Origin: Thermodesulfobacteriota bacterium
GTDB taxonomy: Bacteria; Desulfobacterota; Desulfarculia; JACQYL01
DNA: 64,000 nt
Direction of reading: 5' to 3'
Assembly (NCBI GenBank): GCA_963675595.2
Contig: CAXXLZ010000002.1
Location: forward strand, 3,264,001 to 3,328,000
This document shows positions 1 to 13,269 of this stretch, in pieces. The stretch's first letter is position 1. Each line of letters starts with the position of its first letter. The notes below the pieces were generated by a model. It saw only the letters and a program-made list of their open reading frames with translations, was not told the DNA's origin and did not search any database. A program made the position numbers and the translations under genes.

Positions 1-769
1 CAGCATCTTTTTCGATTTCGCACCCATACTGAAAACCTTGTTGGACCGCCACGACCAGGGAGGGTACGATCTGTCCCCGTTGAGAACCGTTGTGGGTCTC
101 GACTCCCCGGAGACCATCCAGCGATTCCAGGCTGCGGCGCCCCACGCCCGTTTCTGGCCTCTCTTCGCTCAAACCGAAGCCCTTTGCGTGACCGCGGGTC
201 CCTTTGACGAGCGCCCGGGCTCCGCGGGTCGTCCCTATCCCACGGCGCGGGTGGCGTTGTTCGACGATTACGACAACGAGGTTCCCACCGGGTCGCCGGG
301 AGAAATCTGCGTGCGGTCGGCCAACGTCTTTTCCGGATACTGGGGATTGGAGGAAGAGAGCCGCCACACGTTTCGCAACGGTTGGCATCATACGGGAGAT
401 GTGGGCCGATTCGACGAGGACGGATATCTCTTCTATGTAAAGCGCAAGGCTCAAAAGGAACTGATCAAACCCGGCGGCGAGAACGTCTATCCTTCCGAGG
501 TGGAAAAAGTCCTTTTGACCCATGAGTCCATTGCCGAGGCAAGCGTCATCGGGGTACCGGACAAAGACTGGGGTGAGGCCATCAAGGCGGTGTGCGTGCT
601 CGAGCCCGGAGCGAAACTCGACGCCGCCGAGGTGGCGGAGTACGTGGCTGCTCGAATCGCCAGGTACAAGAAGCCCAAGCATGTGGTGTTTGTGGACCGC
701 CTTCCCAAGACAGCGGATGGGGAAGTGGACCGGGAACAGGTGAAGAAGGATCACGGCGGGCTCTATTAA
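1..769 (+). CDS. AMP-binding acyl-CoA synthetase/ligase, C-terminal part (5' end outside window)
   Basis: Frame open from the window edge; motifs GEICVRS, GWHHTGDVGRFDEDG, IKPGGENVYPSEVE and LPKT..G typical of the ANL superfamily. Confidence 0.9.
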   Translation, partial: SIFFDFAPILKTLLDRHDQGGYDLSPLRTVVGLDSPETIQRFQAAAPHARFWPLFAQTEALCVTAGPFDERPGSAGRPYPTARVALFDDYDNEVPTGSPGEICVRSANVFSGYWGLEEESRHTFRNGWHHTGDVGRFDEDGYLFYVKRKAQKELIKPGGENVYPSEVEKVLLTHESIAEASVIGVPDKDWGEAIKAVCVLEPGAKLDAAEVAEYVAARIARYKKPKHVVFVDRLPKTADGEVDREQVKKDHGGLY

Positions 770-1163
770 TCTTCACCGGTGGTTCGGTTGAAGTGGGATT
801 CTATGACGCTCGTCCGAGTACGTGGGGTGAGGTGAGCGGGACACCCCGCTGGGAGCCTTTTCGATAAACAGGCGTAAGAACGATGTGGTTTCCTTCCATT
901 GCGGAATCACCGATCAGAGCGTGATGTCGGCCCGTTGCATGGACCGATCTCCTTTTCGTACCGGTTGACTCTTCCTTGAGATTGAGGGAGCCTTTACTTG
1001 GTTCGGGCTTCCGAAACCCTCCGACCGCTTTCCAGCCCGAAGATGCCGTGAGTGAGCCCGCACCCCGCATGGGCTCCGACAGGCGGCCCAAAAGCATGAT
1101 TCCTCTCCAACGAATCGCTCCGGTTTTTCCATGCCCGAGCCGTTCACCGGATCGACGACAAAC

Positions 1164-2597
1164 ATGAAAGCTTTGGAAATTCTTCGCCTCCGTTGGGGCG
1201 AAACCAATGGTTATCGGGACGTCCTTTCCATCAGTCTGCCTCTGGTGGCCAGCATGGCGTCCAGTACGGTCATGCATTTCACGGATCGGGTCTTCCTGTC
1301 CCACTATTCGGTGGAGGCCATTGCCGCGGCCATGCCGGCGGGCATTGCGTCTTTCACCCTTTGTTCCTTCTTCTTGGGGGTGGCCGGATATTCCAACACG
1401 TTCATCGCCCAGTACACAGGCTCGGGGGAGAATCAGCGCGTAGGCGATTCCCTGTGGCAGGCTCTATACTTTTCCCTGTTTGCGGGTGTCTTTCTGGCCC
1501 TCACGGCATTGCCGGCAGAGACGTTGTTTCGTGTCATGGGGCATGAGGACGCCGTCCGGGATTTGGAGACGATCTATTTCCGGATTCTGATGCTGGGGGG
1601 CTGTTTCAACGTCATGGGATGGAGCCTGGCCTGTTTCTATTCCGGTCGCGGCCTCACTCGGGTGGTGATGGTGGTAAACGTTCTGGGAGCGGCCTTCAAC
1701 ATCCCTTTGGACTACGTTTTGATCAATGGGACGTGGTTTTTCCCCGAATGGGGCATCGCCGGGGCCGCCGTCGCAACCGTCTGTTCCTTTGCGTTCATGT
1801 GCGGTTTGTATGCTTTGTTGATTTTCACCAAGGAAAACGACCGGGTTTTCGGGGTGATCTCGCGGCGCGCCTTAGACCGGGAATTGTTCGCGAGGATGAT
1901 GAAGTACGGCGTTCCCAAAGGGGTGCAGTTTTTCATGGACATCTTCGCCTTCACTTTTTTTGTTTCCATGGTGGGGCGCATCGGCACCATCGAACTCGCC
2001 GCCACCAACATCGTGTTCACGATCAACATGCTGGGATTTCTGCCCATGATCGGCTTTTCCATTGGAACGAGCGCTCTCGTGGGTCAGGCCATAGGACGGG
2101 GAAAGCCGGAGGGGGCTGCACGGGCGGTATCGAATTCGTTGCAGCTCACCATGGCCTACATCTTGATGGTGGCTCTTTGTCTTGTCCTTCTCCCGGAATG
2201 GTTGGTGGGAATTTTCACGTCCGGCGGCGGGGCGGGGGCCGAGGCGGCCCGGATTCGGGACCTGGGCGTGGTGCTGCTTCGGTTCGTGGCCCTGTATTGC
2301 CTGTTCGATACGGTGAATCTGATCTATTCCGCGGCTCTCGAAGGAGCGGGAGATACCCGGTTCGTCATGGCCGTGGTGGGGTCGCTGTCCCTGGGCCTTA
2401 TGGTGATACCCACCTATGTGGGGATTCGATTCTTGGGTTTGGGGCTGTTCGAAGTGTGGGCCTTGATCGTTTTGTACCTTTTCACCATGGCGGCCGTCTT
2501 CCTTTTCCGCTATCGAGGCGGAAAATGGAAAGGCATGAGTGTGATCGAAACCCATGAAGGAAGTGTCGATCACGGCAGAGAAGCGGCCCGAGCATGA
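1164..2597 (+). CDS. MATE family multidrug efflux transporter
   Basis: About 12 hydrophobic segments; D..FLSHYSVEAIAA, WGIAGAAVAT and GAGDTRF motifs; start uncertain (1131 or 1164). Confidence 0.9.
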   Translation: MKALEILRLRWGETNGYRDVLSISLPLVASMASSTVMHFTDRVFLSHYSVEAIAAAMPAGIASFTLCSFFLGVAGYSNTFIAQYTGSGENQRVGDSLWQALYFSLFAGVFLALTALPAETLFRVMGHEDAVRDLETIYFRILMLGGCFNVMGWSLACFYSGRGLTRVVMVVNVLGAAFNIPLDYVLINGTWFFPEWGIAGAAVATVCSFAFMCGLYALLIFTKENDRVFGVISRRALDRELFARMMKYGVPKGVQFFMDIFAFTFFVSMVGRIGTIELAATNIVFTINMLGFLPMIGFSIGTSALVGQAIGRGKPEGAARAVSNSLQLTMAYILMVALCLVLLPEWLVGIFTSGGGAGAEAARIRDLGVVLLRFVALYCLFDTVNLIYSAALEGAGDTRFVMAVVGSLSLGLMVIPTYVGIRFLGLGLFEVWALIVLYLFTMAAVFLFRYRGGKWKGMSVIETHEGSVDHGREAARA

Positions 2598-2764
2598 ATC
2601 ACATGACTCGATCAAGGCCGGTTTTCGTTCACCGGGCCGAACGGAGTCAGGAGCCCGGGAATGACTTGTGTGCTTGCCGGGGTGGACGGCTACAATCCTT
2701 TTGACATGGATGGGGAATGCTTATATGCTCATCCGTTCATCATTCTTATTTGAGGAGTGGACCC

Positions 2765-3937
2765 ATGGAAGAATTCAGGCGGATGAAACGGCTGCCGCCG
2801 TATGTGTTTGCCACGGTTAACGAGCTGAAAATGCAGCTCCGATGGGCCGGGGAGGACGTGATCGACCTCGGAATGGGTAACCCTGATCTCGCCACTCCGG
2901 ACCACATCGTGCAGAAGCTTGTCGAGGCGGCACAGAAACCTCACAATCACCGGTATTCCGCTTCCAAGGGCATCGCCCGTCTGCGCAAGGCCATTTGTGA
3001 CTGGTACAAACGCCGCTACGACGTGGATCTGGACCCGGACACGGAAGCCATCGTGACCCTGGGGGCCAAAGAAGGGCTTTCGCACCTGGTCTTGGCCATC
3101 GTCACGCCGGGAGACGTGGTGTTTTCCCCCAATCCCACGTATCCGATTCACCCCTACTCGGTGATTATCGCCGGGGGGGACCTTCGGAGCATCCCTATCG
3201 GGGACGGTCGGGACTTTTTCGAAGACCTGCTTACCGCGACCAAGCAGACGTGGCCGGCTCCCAAGATGCTCATCATCTCTTTTCCGCACAACCCCACCAC
3301 GGAAGTGGTGGATATCGAGTTCTTCGAGAAGATCGTCGCTTTCGCCAAAGAACACGATATCATGGTGATTCACGACTTCGCCTATGCGGACCTGGTTTTC
3401 GGGGACTACAAAGCCCCGAGTTTCCTCCAGGTACCGGGTGCCAAGGACCTGGGCGTTGAATTATTCTCCCTGTCCAAAAGCTACAGCATGCCCGGCTGGC
3501 GGGTGGGTTTCGCCGTGGGCAACAAGCGGATGATCCAAGCGCTGACGCGGTTGAAGAGCTATCTCGACTACGGGGCGTTCCAGCCCATCCAGATCGCCTC
3601 CATCATCGCCTTGGACGGCCCGGACGACTGCGTTAAGGATATGGTGGAGACGTATCGGGACCGTATGGAAACTTTGGTCAACGGGCTCAATCGGGTGGGG
3701 TGGGAAGTACAGATGCCCAAAGCCACCATGTTTCTCTGGGCCAAGATTCCGGAACGGTTCGCGAATATGGGTTCCGTCGAGTTTTCCAAAATGCTGATGA
3801 GGGAGGCCAAGGTGGCCGTTTCCCCCGGCCTGGGTTTTGGAGAATACGGCGACGACCATGTGCGTTTCGCGTTGGTGGAAAACAACCATCGGATCAATCA
3901 AGCCATCCGGGGGTTGAGAAAAGTCTTTCAGAAGTGA
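2765..3937 (+). CDS. alaC: PLP-dependent class I/II aminotransferase, AlaC-like
   Basis: [26 protein letters not shown] and [14 protein letters not shown]; RBS GAGGAG upstream. Confidence 0.85.
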   Translation: MEEFRRMKRLPPYVFATVNELKMQLRWAGEDVIDLGMGNPDLATPDHIVQKLVEAAQKPHNHRYSASKGIARLRKAICDWYKRRYDVDLDPDTEAIVTLGAKEGLSHLVLAIVTPGDVVFSPNPTYPIHPYSVIIAGGDLRSIPIGDGRDFFEDLLTATKQTWPAPKMLIISFPHNPTTEVVDIEFFEKIVAFAKEHDIMVIHDFAYADLVFGDYKAPSFLQVPGAKDLGVELFSLSKSYSMPGWRVGFAVGNKRMIQALTRLKSYLDYGAFQPIQIASIIALDGPDDCVKDMVETYRDRMETLVNGLNRVGWEVQMPKATMFLWAKIPERFANMGSVEFSKMLMREAKVAVSPGLGFGEYGDDHVRFALVENNHRINQAIRGLRKVFQK

Positions 3938-5271
3938 GGCCTCAAGTGCGCGATATCCAGGTGGGGCTCATCGGGTTGGGTACGGTGGGCTCGGGCGTGG
4001 CCCGGATTCTCCTTGATCGCGGAGAACTGATTCGGAAAAAGATCGGCGTCCGTTTGAACCTCAAGCGGGCGGTGGATCTGGACCTCTCTCGCGGCGGGGA
4101 TTTGAACCTGCCCGACGGGGTTTTGTCCAACGACGCCCACGCGATTCTGGACGATCCGGAAATCGACGTGGTGGTGGAGCTTATCGGGGGTCAGGAACCG
4201 GCCGGCGGTTTTATTCTCAAGGCCTTGGAATCCGGAAAAGACGTGGTGACCGCCAACAAGGCTCTTCTGGCCGAACGGGGCGGGCCGCTGTTCGAGGCTG
4301 CGGCCCGAACGGGGAAGAATCTTCTGTTCGAAGCCGCCGTGGCCGGCGGCATCCCCATCATTCGAACGCTGAAAGAAGGGTTGGCGGCCAACCGAATCGA
4401 GCGAATCCAGGGCATTCTCAACGGCACCTGCAACTATATCCTGACCAAAATGACCTCCGAAGGGACCGGTTTCGAGGAAGTGTTGAAGGAGGCCCAGGCG
4501 TTGGGTTACGCGGAGGCCGATCCGACTTTCGATGTCGACGGGCACGATTCGGCCCACAAGGTGGCCATTCTGGCCGCTCTGTCCTTCGGTGTGCAGGTGG
4601 ATTTCGGCAAGGTTTATGTGGAAGGTATCCGCCGGATCACGCCGTTGGACATTCAATTCGCACGGGAGTTCGGATACCGGATCAAGCTGTTGGGCCTGTG
4701 CACCAGCCATAACGGAGAGATCGAGGCACGGGTGCACCCCGCCATGATTCCCGAGGGGCACATGCTGGCCAACGTGGGCCGGAACAACAATGCCCTGCTC
4801 ATCACCGGGGATGCCGTGGGCGACGTGCTCCTTTACGGGGCCGGCGCCGGATCCTTGCCCACGGCCGGCGCCGTGGTGGGAGACTTGATCGAGCTGGCCA
4901 GGGATATTCTTCGGGGGGCCGGCGGACGGGTTCCGTGCATGGGATTTCTCGATGAGAATATCGTGCCGGCGCGAATCAAACCCATGGAAGAGATTTTGAG
5001 CCGATATTACTTTCGAATCTTCGCCTTGGATCGTCCCGGGGTTCTGTCGGAGGTGTCGGGAATTCTGGCCCGGTACGGTATCAGCATCGCCTCCGTAATC
5101 CAGAAGGAGCGCAGGAACAAGGGGTGGGTGCCGGTGGTCATGATGACCCATCTGGCCCTTGAACGTGACGTGAAAGCCGCCCTGTCCGAGATCGATCGAT
5201 TGGAGCAGATCGGGGAGGCCACCATGATGATTCGTGTGGAGGACGAGAACGAACGGGAGTCGGACGCATGA
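3934..5271 (+). CDS. hom: Homoserine dehydrogenase with C-terminal ACT domain
   Basis: [48 protein letters not shown] and DRPGVL; GTG start at 3934 or 3946. Confidence 0.95.
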   Translation: MRPQVRDIQVGLIGLGTVGSGVARILLDRGELIRKKIGVRLNLKRAVDLDLSRGGDLNLPDGVLSNDAHAILDDPEIDVVVELIGGQEPAGGFILKALESGKDVVTANKALLAERGGPLFEAAARTGKNLLFEAAVAGGIPIIRTLKEGLAANRIERIQGILNGTCNYILTKMTSEGTGFEEVLKEAQALGYAEADPTFDVDGHDSAHKVAILAALSFGVQVDFGKVYVEGIRRITPLDIQFAREFGYRIKLLGLCTSHNGEIEARVHPAMIPEGHMLANVGRNNNALLITGDAVGDVLLYGAGAGSLPTAGAVVGDLIELARDILRGAGGRVPCMGFLDENIVPARIKPMEEILSRYYFRIFALDRPGVLSEVSGILARYGISIASVIQKERRNKGWVPVVMMTHLALERDVKAALSEIDRLEQIGEATMMIRVEDENERESDA

Positions 5272-6461
5272 CCGGTCGAAAATACATCATACTTGTCGGA
5301 GACGGCATGGGGGATTATCCCCTGGAAGAGCTGTCCGGCCGTACTCCTTTGCAGGCCGCTCGGACTCCGAACATGGACGCCGTGGCGCGAAGAGGCCGTT
5401 TGGGCCTGGTGCAAACCATTCCCGAAGGGTTGGAGCCCGGCAGCGACATCGCCAATCTGAATCTCATGGGCTACGATCCCAAACGTTACCACACGGGCCG
5501 GGCGCCCTTGGAAGCCGCATCCATGGGGGTGGATCTGGGCCGGGACAAGACGGCCTTCCGGTGCAATCTGGTGACCTTAGGCTTTCGGGACGACGGCATC
5601 TACATGGAGGATTACAGCGCGGGTCACATTGCTTCGGACAAGGCGCGTTTGGTCGTGGACGCACTGAACGAGGAGTTGGCCGACGATGTGATTTCCTTCC
5701 ATCCCGGAGTGAGCTATCGACACCTGATGGTCTGGGACAACGGACCTGAAAAGGCTCCAAGTTTTCCTCCCCATGATCTCACCGGACGGGAAGTGGGATA
5801 CCTGCTCAACGATTTCGACCTTCCCGGGCTGAACAAGATTATTCGCGACTCCTGGAATACCCTGGAACGCCTTAAAGAGACTCGCGGGGATATTTCGGCC
5901 AATTCCGTTTGGCTTTGGGGATCGGGCAAGGCCCCCGCCATGCCTTCCTTCAAGGAGCGGTACGGCGTGACCGGAGGCGTGATTTCCGCCGTGGACCTGC
6001 TCAAAGGCATTGGAGTCTATGCGGGCCTGGAAGTCATCAACGTGCCCGGCGCCACCGGCTATCTGGATACGAACTACGAGGGCAAGGCACGCTGCGCCCT
6101 GGATCGACTCAAAGAGCTGGATTTCGTGTATGTGCACGTGGAAGCGCCGGACGAAGCCTCTCACGGGGGATCGCTGGAAAACAAGATCCGGGCTATTGAG
6201 GATTTCGACGAGAGAGTGGTGGGACCGGTGCTGGCGGGAATGGAGACTTTCGGCAAATTCCGGCTCCTGGTGGTGACGGACCACAACACGCCCATTTCAG
6301 TCAAGACGCACACCTCCGAGCCGGTACCTTTCGCCATGCTGGACGAAGCCGACCCGCCCGAGGGAGCTCCGGGGCGGGGGTACAACGAAATCGACGCGGC
6401 CCTCATGGACGATTTCGTGGAAGAGGCGCACCTTTTGGTGGAACTGCTGGTGAGGCCCTAA
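5268..6461 (+). CDS. apgM: Cofactor-independent phosphoglycerate mutase (ApgM/alkaline phosphatase superfamily)
   Basis: GDGMGD, TPLQAARTPNMD, PGSDIANL, HVEAPDEASH and DHNTP...TH. Confidence 0.85.
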   Translation: MTGRKYIILVGDGMGDYPLEELSGRTPLQAARTPNMDAVARRGRLGLVQTIPEGLEPGSDIANLNLMGYDPKRYHTGRAPLEAASMGVDLGRDKTAFRCNLVTLGFRDDGIYMEDYSAGHIASDKARLVVDALNEELADDVISFHPGVSYRHLMVWDNGPEKAPSFPPHDLTGREVGYLLNDFDLPGLNKIIRDSWNTLERLKETRGDISANSVWLWGSGKAPAMPSFKERYGVTGGVISAVDLLKGIGVYAGLEVINVPGATGYLDTNYEGKARCALDRLKELDFVYVHVEAPDEASHGGSLENKIRAIEDFDERVVGPVLAGMETFGKFRLLVVTDHNTPISVKTHTSEPVPFAMLDEADPPEGAPGRGYNEIDAALMDDFVEEAHLLVELLVRP

Positions 6462-6488
6462 CCGGCCGTTTTTTAAAACGGGTTCTCC

Positions 6489-6920
6489 ATGACCGAAGCG
6501 CACCGCACACAAATTCGGGTTCTGTACGGCGACGTGGATTCCATGAAGGTCGCGTATTACGGCAACTACATGCGCTGGTTCGAGTTGGGTCGGGCCGAGT
6601 ACATGAGGAACCGCGGTTTTCCATACTCCGAAGCGGAGAAGCGAGGCGTGTTTCTGCCCGTGATCGAAGCGTTCTGCAAGTATCGGAAATCGGTGCGATA
6701 CGACGATCTGATCTGGATCGAAGCCCGGCCCGAGGATGTGAGAAGGGTGAAGGTCCGATTCGCCTACCGCATTCTGAACGAAGCGGAAGAATGCATGGCC
6801 GAGGGATACACGGTGCACGCGGCGGTGGATGAAACCGGGCGGGTGGTTCGGCTCCCGGATTTCCTGCTGGAGGCTCTTTCCGATGACGCATCGGAGGGAG
6901 TGACGACCGCTGATGCGTGA
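6489..6920 (+). CDS. YbgC/FadM-like acyl-CoA thioesterase
   Basis: RVLYGDVDSMKVAYYGNYMRWFELGR hotdog-fold motif. Confidence 0.85.
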   Translation: MTEAHRTQIRVLYGDVDSMKVAYYGNYMRWFELGRAEYMRNRGFPYSEAEKRGVFLPVIEAFCKYRKSVRYDDLIWIEARPEDVRRVKVRFAYRILNEAEECMAEGYTVHAAVDETGRVVRLPDFLLEALSDDASEGVTTADA

Positions 6921-6973
6921 TTGTGCGCCCAAGGATGGTTAATATAAGGGATAAGAGATTCCTGGAAAACTTC

Positions 6974-7003
6974 TTGACAAAAAAGAGGCGTCTCGGCTAT
7001 AAA
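6974..7003 (+). promoter_or_regulatory. Sigma70 promoter of the tRNA-Met gene
   Basis: TTGACA (6974-6979), 18-nt spacer, TATAAA (6998-7003). Confidence 0.65.
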
Positions 7004-7016
7004 GAGAAATTCCTGA

Positions 7017-7093
<77 letters not shown>

Positions 7094-7104
7094 AAAAGCA
7101 AGAC

Positions 7105-7142
7105 AAGGGGTTAGTCGAAAGTCGACTAACCCCTTTTTGTTT
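7105..7142 (+). terminator. Rho-independent terminator after tRNA-fMet; insertion site of the group IIC intron
   Basis: AAGGGGTTAGTCGA-aag-TCGACTAACCCCTT followed by a T-rich tract. Confidence 0.85.
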
Positions 7143-7143
7143 G

Positions 7144-9024
<1,881 letters not shown>

Positions 9025-9065
9025 TCCTGATTCCGTTCCGGTTCTGTCCCCGATTTTCACGAAAA

Positions 9066-9195
9066 CCAAGTGGTTCAACAACCATCTCTCCAGAGCCGCC
9101 GAAAGGCTCGATCAGGCTATTCTCGATGTCATCAGTCATCCCGATCAGGTCAAACAAACCGCCGCAATCGGAACGTTATTTTGAAAACCACTCTA
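9066..9195 (+). mobile_element. Remnant 3' end of a diverged IS630 copy
   Basis: Homologous to ~10206-10347 (KWFNNH...TAAIGTLF*), with an identical terminal TTTTGAAAACCACTCTA. Confidence 0.8.
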
Positions 9196-9216
9196 GAATG
9201 CAAGTGCAAAAGATAT

Positions 9217-10347
9217 TAGAGCGTTTGTCAGAACTACGTTCCTTATTAGGCGGACGTTGTGCATAAGTGAATCTAGACTTTTGTGATAATGTGTGCCACT
9301 AGATTATGGCATGGCGCGACGACTGCTGGAACCCGATGCGGAGAACGGGACTCGCTCTGAACTCAAGGAGGCGGGACGCGTGGGCTCCAATGAGACGGCC
9401 TTGAGGTGCACGGCCATCCAGATGCTTCTATCGGGCATATCCCGCGACCAGGTAGTCGAAGCCTTGTTGGTGACGGAGCGAGCCCTCCCAAAATGGGTAA
9501 AACTTTTCAATGAATGCGGCGTAGACGGGCTCATCGTCAAGAAACGCCCCGGACGGACCGCCATTCTTAGGGGGCAACAGGCCGAGGAGTTGGTTGAGCT
9601 TCTCGAAAAGCCGGAAAAAGCCGAGCGCACGTTTTGGACCGCCAAAGCGTTTCACGGGCATATCAGCGACAGCCACCAGATCCAATGCAGTTATGAGACC
9701 GTCGTTCGGTTCTTCCATAAAAGCGGATTCGCCCTGAAAACGCCTCAACCTTGGCCGGACCGTCAGGATGATGCGCAACGGGAAGCTTTTCGAAAACAAG
9801 TATCCGAACTCCTTGAGAATCCGGACGTGGACATCTGGTTTGCCGATGAATCCGGATTTGAAGGAGACCCCAGACCCAGACGCCGCTGGGATCGAAAAGG
9901 CAACAAAACCCGCATCACCAAAAACGGAGACCACCTCCGAATGAACGTGATGGGCATGGTCTGCCCTCGATCCGGCGAATTCTTCGCCATCGAGACCTCC
10001 CATTCCGATTCGGAGACGTTCCAGGCTTTCCTGGATGAGGCCGAGCGGTTTGTCCCCTTACAGCGCCGCCGTAACGTCATGGTCCTGGACAATGCATCCT
10101 GGCATCGAAAACAGTCGATCAAATGGCATGGATGGGAGCCCCTATTCCTGCCTCCTTACTCACCGGACCTCAATACCATCGAACGAATATGGCTCGCCAT
10201 GAAAGCCAAGTGGTTCAACAACCATGTTTCCAAGACCGTCGAAAAGCTCCTCGAAAGGCTGGATCAAGCCATTCTCGATGTCATAAACCACCCTCACCGA
10301 GTCAAGCAGACCGCCGCAATCGGAACGTTATTTTGAAAACCACTCTA
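9217..10347 (+). mobile_element. IS630 family insertion sequence
   Basis: Imperfect terminal IRs TAGAGCGTTTGTCAGAA / TTTTGAAAACCACTCTA (13/17 match) bounded by TA; transposase inside. Confidence 0.85.
9311..10336 (+). CDS. IS630 family transposase
   Basis: N-terminal HTH; WFADESGF, VLDNASWH and FLPPYSPDLNTIE (DDE_3). Confidence 0.93.
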   Translation: MARRLLEPDAENGTRSELKEAGRVGSNETALRCTAIQMLLSGISRDQVVEALLVTERALPKWVKLFNECGVDGLIVKKRPGRTAILRGQQAEELVELLEKPEKAERTFWTAKAFHGHISDSHQIQCSYETVVRFFHKSGFALKTPQPWPDRQDDAQREAFRKQVSELLENPDVDIWFADESGFEGDPRPRRRWDRKGNKTRITKNGDHLRMNVMGMVCPRSGEFFAIETSHSDSETFQAFLDEAERFVPLQRRRNVMVLDNASWHRKQSIKWHGWEPLFLPPYSPDLNTIERIWLAMKAKWFNNHVSKTVEKLLERLDQAILDVINHPHRVKQTAAIGTLF

Positions 10348-10374
10348 GGGATGGTTTCCCTCCAAGCTGGGGGG

Positions 10375-10521
10375 CGAGGCGCTTCTGAAAACGGCATCAA
10401 ACAAGACGAGAACACCCTGCGCAGGGACCAAGCGAGCGGTCATCGGTTTGCATCCAATGAAGCCCGACTGAAAATGGGTTTTCTTGCGCACAACCTGATT
10501 CGTCTGATATCCTGTTTCTAG
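10375..10521 (+). pseudogene. Fragment of an IS1380-like transposase
   Basis: RGASENGIKQ...SGHRFASNEARLKMGFLAHNL resembles the IS1380 C-terminal catalytic region; no start and no remainder of the gene. Confidence 0.55.
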
Positions 10522-10764
10522 TTGTGGGGCGAAAACCGGTACCGGTCCATCGCGCAGTTCAGCCTTAGTATCCGCCTCGTGTGCACCAAAGAGCCCTATC
10601 CGAAGATGTACAAGAACGACTAACCGCTCAGATATGGAGCGGCAGGAACCCATGTAACCCATAGAGGCGATGAAAAGCGAGCGCCGTCCATCCGAGGGCT
10701 CGATCGCCCTAAATTTGCCGCGCCCGGAGCGCCGGCAACCCAGAAGCACGGAAGGGCCCGGATT

Positions 10765-11997
10765 TTGGAACCGCGATTGTCGCAAAAGCGGTGTATTTGG
10801 AGGAAAAGGAACCGATCCTCAAGAACGTGTGGGTTGCCCGTCCTTGCGGCGATCATCGCTGCGTTGCTTTGCCTGAGTAGAGTGAGCCGGGTGCAAGCGG
10901 CGGAGTTCGACGTCTCCGATGTGGAGCAGCTTGAAGTCGCTTTGAGCGAAGCCGTAGGCAACGGGCAAGACGACATCATCCGCCTGGCGGTCGGAACCTA
11001 TGCCATTACCAGCACTCTGACTTACGAGTCCGATGAAGACTTTTCCCTCACTCTTGTCGGCGTTCTCGGTGAGACCCTATTGGACGGGGGATCGGGGGAA
11101 CGCATTTTCTACATTTGGACACACGGCGACGGCGCGTCGGTGACCATGAACGGCCTCACCCTTCAAAACGGCTTCCACGGCGCCACCACTGGGGACGATA
11201 CCGGAGGCGGCCTTTTCCTCCGCACTCAGCAGTCGGACATTACCATTGAAAAGTGCCGTTTTCTGAACAACCGTTGTTCGCGCATGTATTTTTCCGCGGA
11301 CGCGGGAGGCGCCTTCATTCGGATTGAAGGCACCGGGACGATTACAGTCAAGGATTGTGTCTTTCTGGACAACTCGGCCGTTAGTAACGGGGGCGGACTG
11401 CTGCTGCACGGCGGCTCGGGAAGCGACTTGGTGCTCGTGAACAATGTTTTTCAGGGGAATACGGCCAGCACCAGCGGTGGGGGGCTGCTTGTCCGCAGTT
11501 TCGGTAATGCGGTCACCTTGACCAACAACACGGTGACCGCCAACGAAGCAATGAGCAGCGCCGGCCTGGGCGGAGGCGGAATTTACATGAACGTGTGGTT
11601 CGAAAGCACGACGGTCGGTCTCTACAACAACATTGTCCGGGGGAATACAAGCGGTGTCGTGCTTGCACAGGATCTGTACATTGAGGATGATGGAAATGCG
11701 AACGGCACCGGAGCGATGCTGAACGTATGCTTCAACGATCTCGGCGTAGCGGCTTATCAGATAGGGAACCGGCTTGAACAGAACCATAACATAAACGAAG
11801 ATCCTCTCCTGGATTCGGACGGCATCCCCCAAAAAGGATCTCCATGTGTGAACGCAGGAGACAACTTGGCGCCCTTCCTCCCGTCCCAAGACTTGTCGGG
11901 TAATCCACGTATTTTACAGGGGACGGTGGATATGGGAGCCTACGAGGTCTGGACCGCCGTTGTCCCATCCTGGAATGAACTGCTGCTGATGGAATAG
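10765..11997 (+). CDS. Secreted right-handed beta-helix protein with choice-of-anchor Q-like C-terminus
   Basis: Signal-like segment; repeated F.xN.A...GGG motifs; SPCVNAGDN...DLSGNPRI...VDMGAYE; true start probably somewhat downstream. Confidence 0.75.
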   Translation: MEPRLSQKRCIWRKRNRSSRTCGLPVLAAIIAALLCLSRVSRVQAAEFDVSDVEQLEVALSEAVGNGQDDIIRLAVGTYAITSTLTYESDEDFSLTLVGVLGETLLDGGSGERIFYIWTHGDGASVTMNGLTLQNGFHGATTGDDTGGGLFLRTQQSDITIEKCRFLNNRCSRMYFSADAGGAFIRIEGTGTITVKDCVFLDNSAVSNGGGLLLHGGSGSDLVLVNNVFQGNTASTSGGGLLVRSFGNAVTLTNNTVTANEAMSSAGLGGGGIYMNVWFESTTVGLYNNIVRGNTSGVVLAQDLYIEDDGNANGTGAMLNVCFNDLGVAAYQIGNRLEQNHNINEDPLLDSDGIPQKGSPCVNAGDNLAPFLPSQDLSGNPRILQGTVDMGAYEVWTAVVPSWNELLLME

Positions 11998-12360
11998 CAC
12001 TCCGTTCCTTCATCCGTCCCGACCAAGACTCGATTCGACGGTTTCCCCTTGGGTTCTATCTTTGTTTCAGGCGGCCGACGCAGTTCCCTCCGCCTCCGGT
12101 TGCATGGTTCCATATCCGTTGGAACTTTCAGGTGCTTGTCCGCCTTTGCGCTCAGGCAACAGCCCGCTCGTGCCAGGCACGCATGTTGTTCAATCGTCGG
12201 CCGACCATGAGAATTCAAGGTGTTTACCATGACCGGTGTTGTCCGGCCGGTGGAAGGGCCTCTTTCGGGAAGAGGCTTCATATCCATCCAGTGATCGGAT
12301 GCTCCGCGCCCATGGTCGGCGATGGGCCCGACCCCCGATCGACCTTGGTGTCGCTTGCCT

Positions 12361-13269
12361 TCATGTTCGAGCTTCAACCGGCATTTTGCCCGGTCGGGAG
12401 GAAAACAACCAAGGAATGGCACCGTTCCGACGTCTTTTCGAGTAAGAACCTTGCGGGAAGAAAGCCTCGATGCGTTTCGTCGCTCCCAGGAGATGTTTGG
12501 TAGGTACTCTCAGGCCGAGACTCGTTTCATCACACACGAAAATATCTTCGCGGCGCTTCATTAATTCTCTCAGGTACTTGCCGACCTCGCGCTCCCGGGA
12601 TTGACCCTGGGTGTAATCGTGCCACACAACAACGGCGTCCTTGGTCAGTTTAGGCCACAACTTTTCCGTGTCGTTTTTCACCGCTTCATAGGAGTGGGCC
12701 GCATCGATGAAAGCAAAGTCGACTTGACGGGGAATGCCCGTCCAGGTTTTCTCCTGAAAGGAGTCGCCGAATATTTGAGTCACATTTCGAGCCAGGGGAT
12801 GAGATTTGTAATCACAACCGATCACGCCGCATCCGGCTGATGGGACTTTGGTGTGACCATGCGCGGATGGTGATTTCTCTAAGGGAAGGTCAATCGTGAA
12901 TATCTTGGCGGATGAATCCATATTATCCAAGAATAATCTTGTGGTTGCGCCCCGTTGCGTGCCGACTTCAACAATGATCGCCGGTTTGAAATATTTGATC
13001 AATTGAGCCATCACCACGCGTTCCGTCGCACTGGTGGTGCCTTCCATCCATTGATATGCATTCAGCTTCAGATCATCTTCCACGGAAAACGCACGAATCA
13101 CGTCCGATAGTCGCATCCTGCGCGTGTGGACCTGATCATAGGCGAACAACGTGGTCACCAGCACATGACCGGCTTTCAAAGGTCCATGTCTCAGTCCGGT
13201 TAAAACGGCGGCCGGACTCAAGCCGAATATACCTCTGAACACCTTCCTCAACAGGCTCATTTCCTGCAA
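12361..13269 (-). CDS. Class I SAM-dependent methyltransferase (Methyltransf_24-like)
   Basis: IVEVGTQRGAT, TIDL, GDS, DFAFIDAAHSYEAVKND and VVWHDY. Confidence 0.8.
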   Translation of the reverse strand: MQEMSLLRKVFRGIFGLSPAAVLTGLRHGPLKAGHVLVTTLFAYDQVHTRRMRLSDVIRAFSVEDDLKLNAYQWMEGTTSATERVVMAQLIKYFKPAIIVEVGTQRGATTRLFLDNMDSSAKIFTIDLPLEKSPSAHGHTKVPSAGCGVIGCDYKSHPLARNVTQIFGDSFQEKTWTGIPRQVDFAFIDAAHSYEAVKNDTEKLWPKLTKDAVVVWHDYTQGQSREREVGKYLRELMKRREDIFVCDETSLGLRVPTKHLLGATKRIEAFFPQGSYSKRRRNGAIPWLFSSRPGKMPVEART

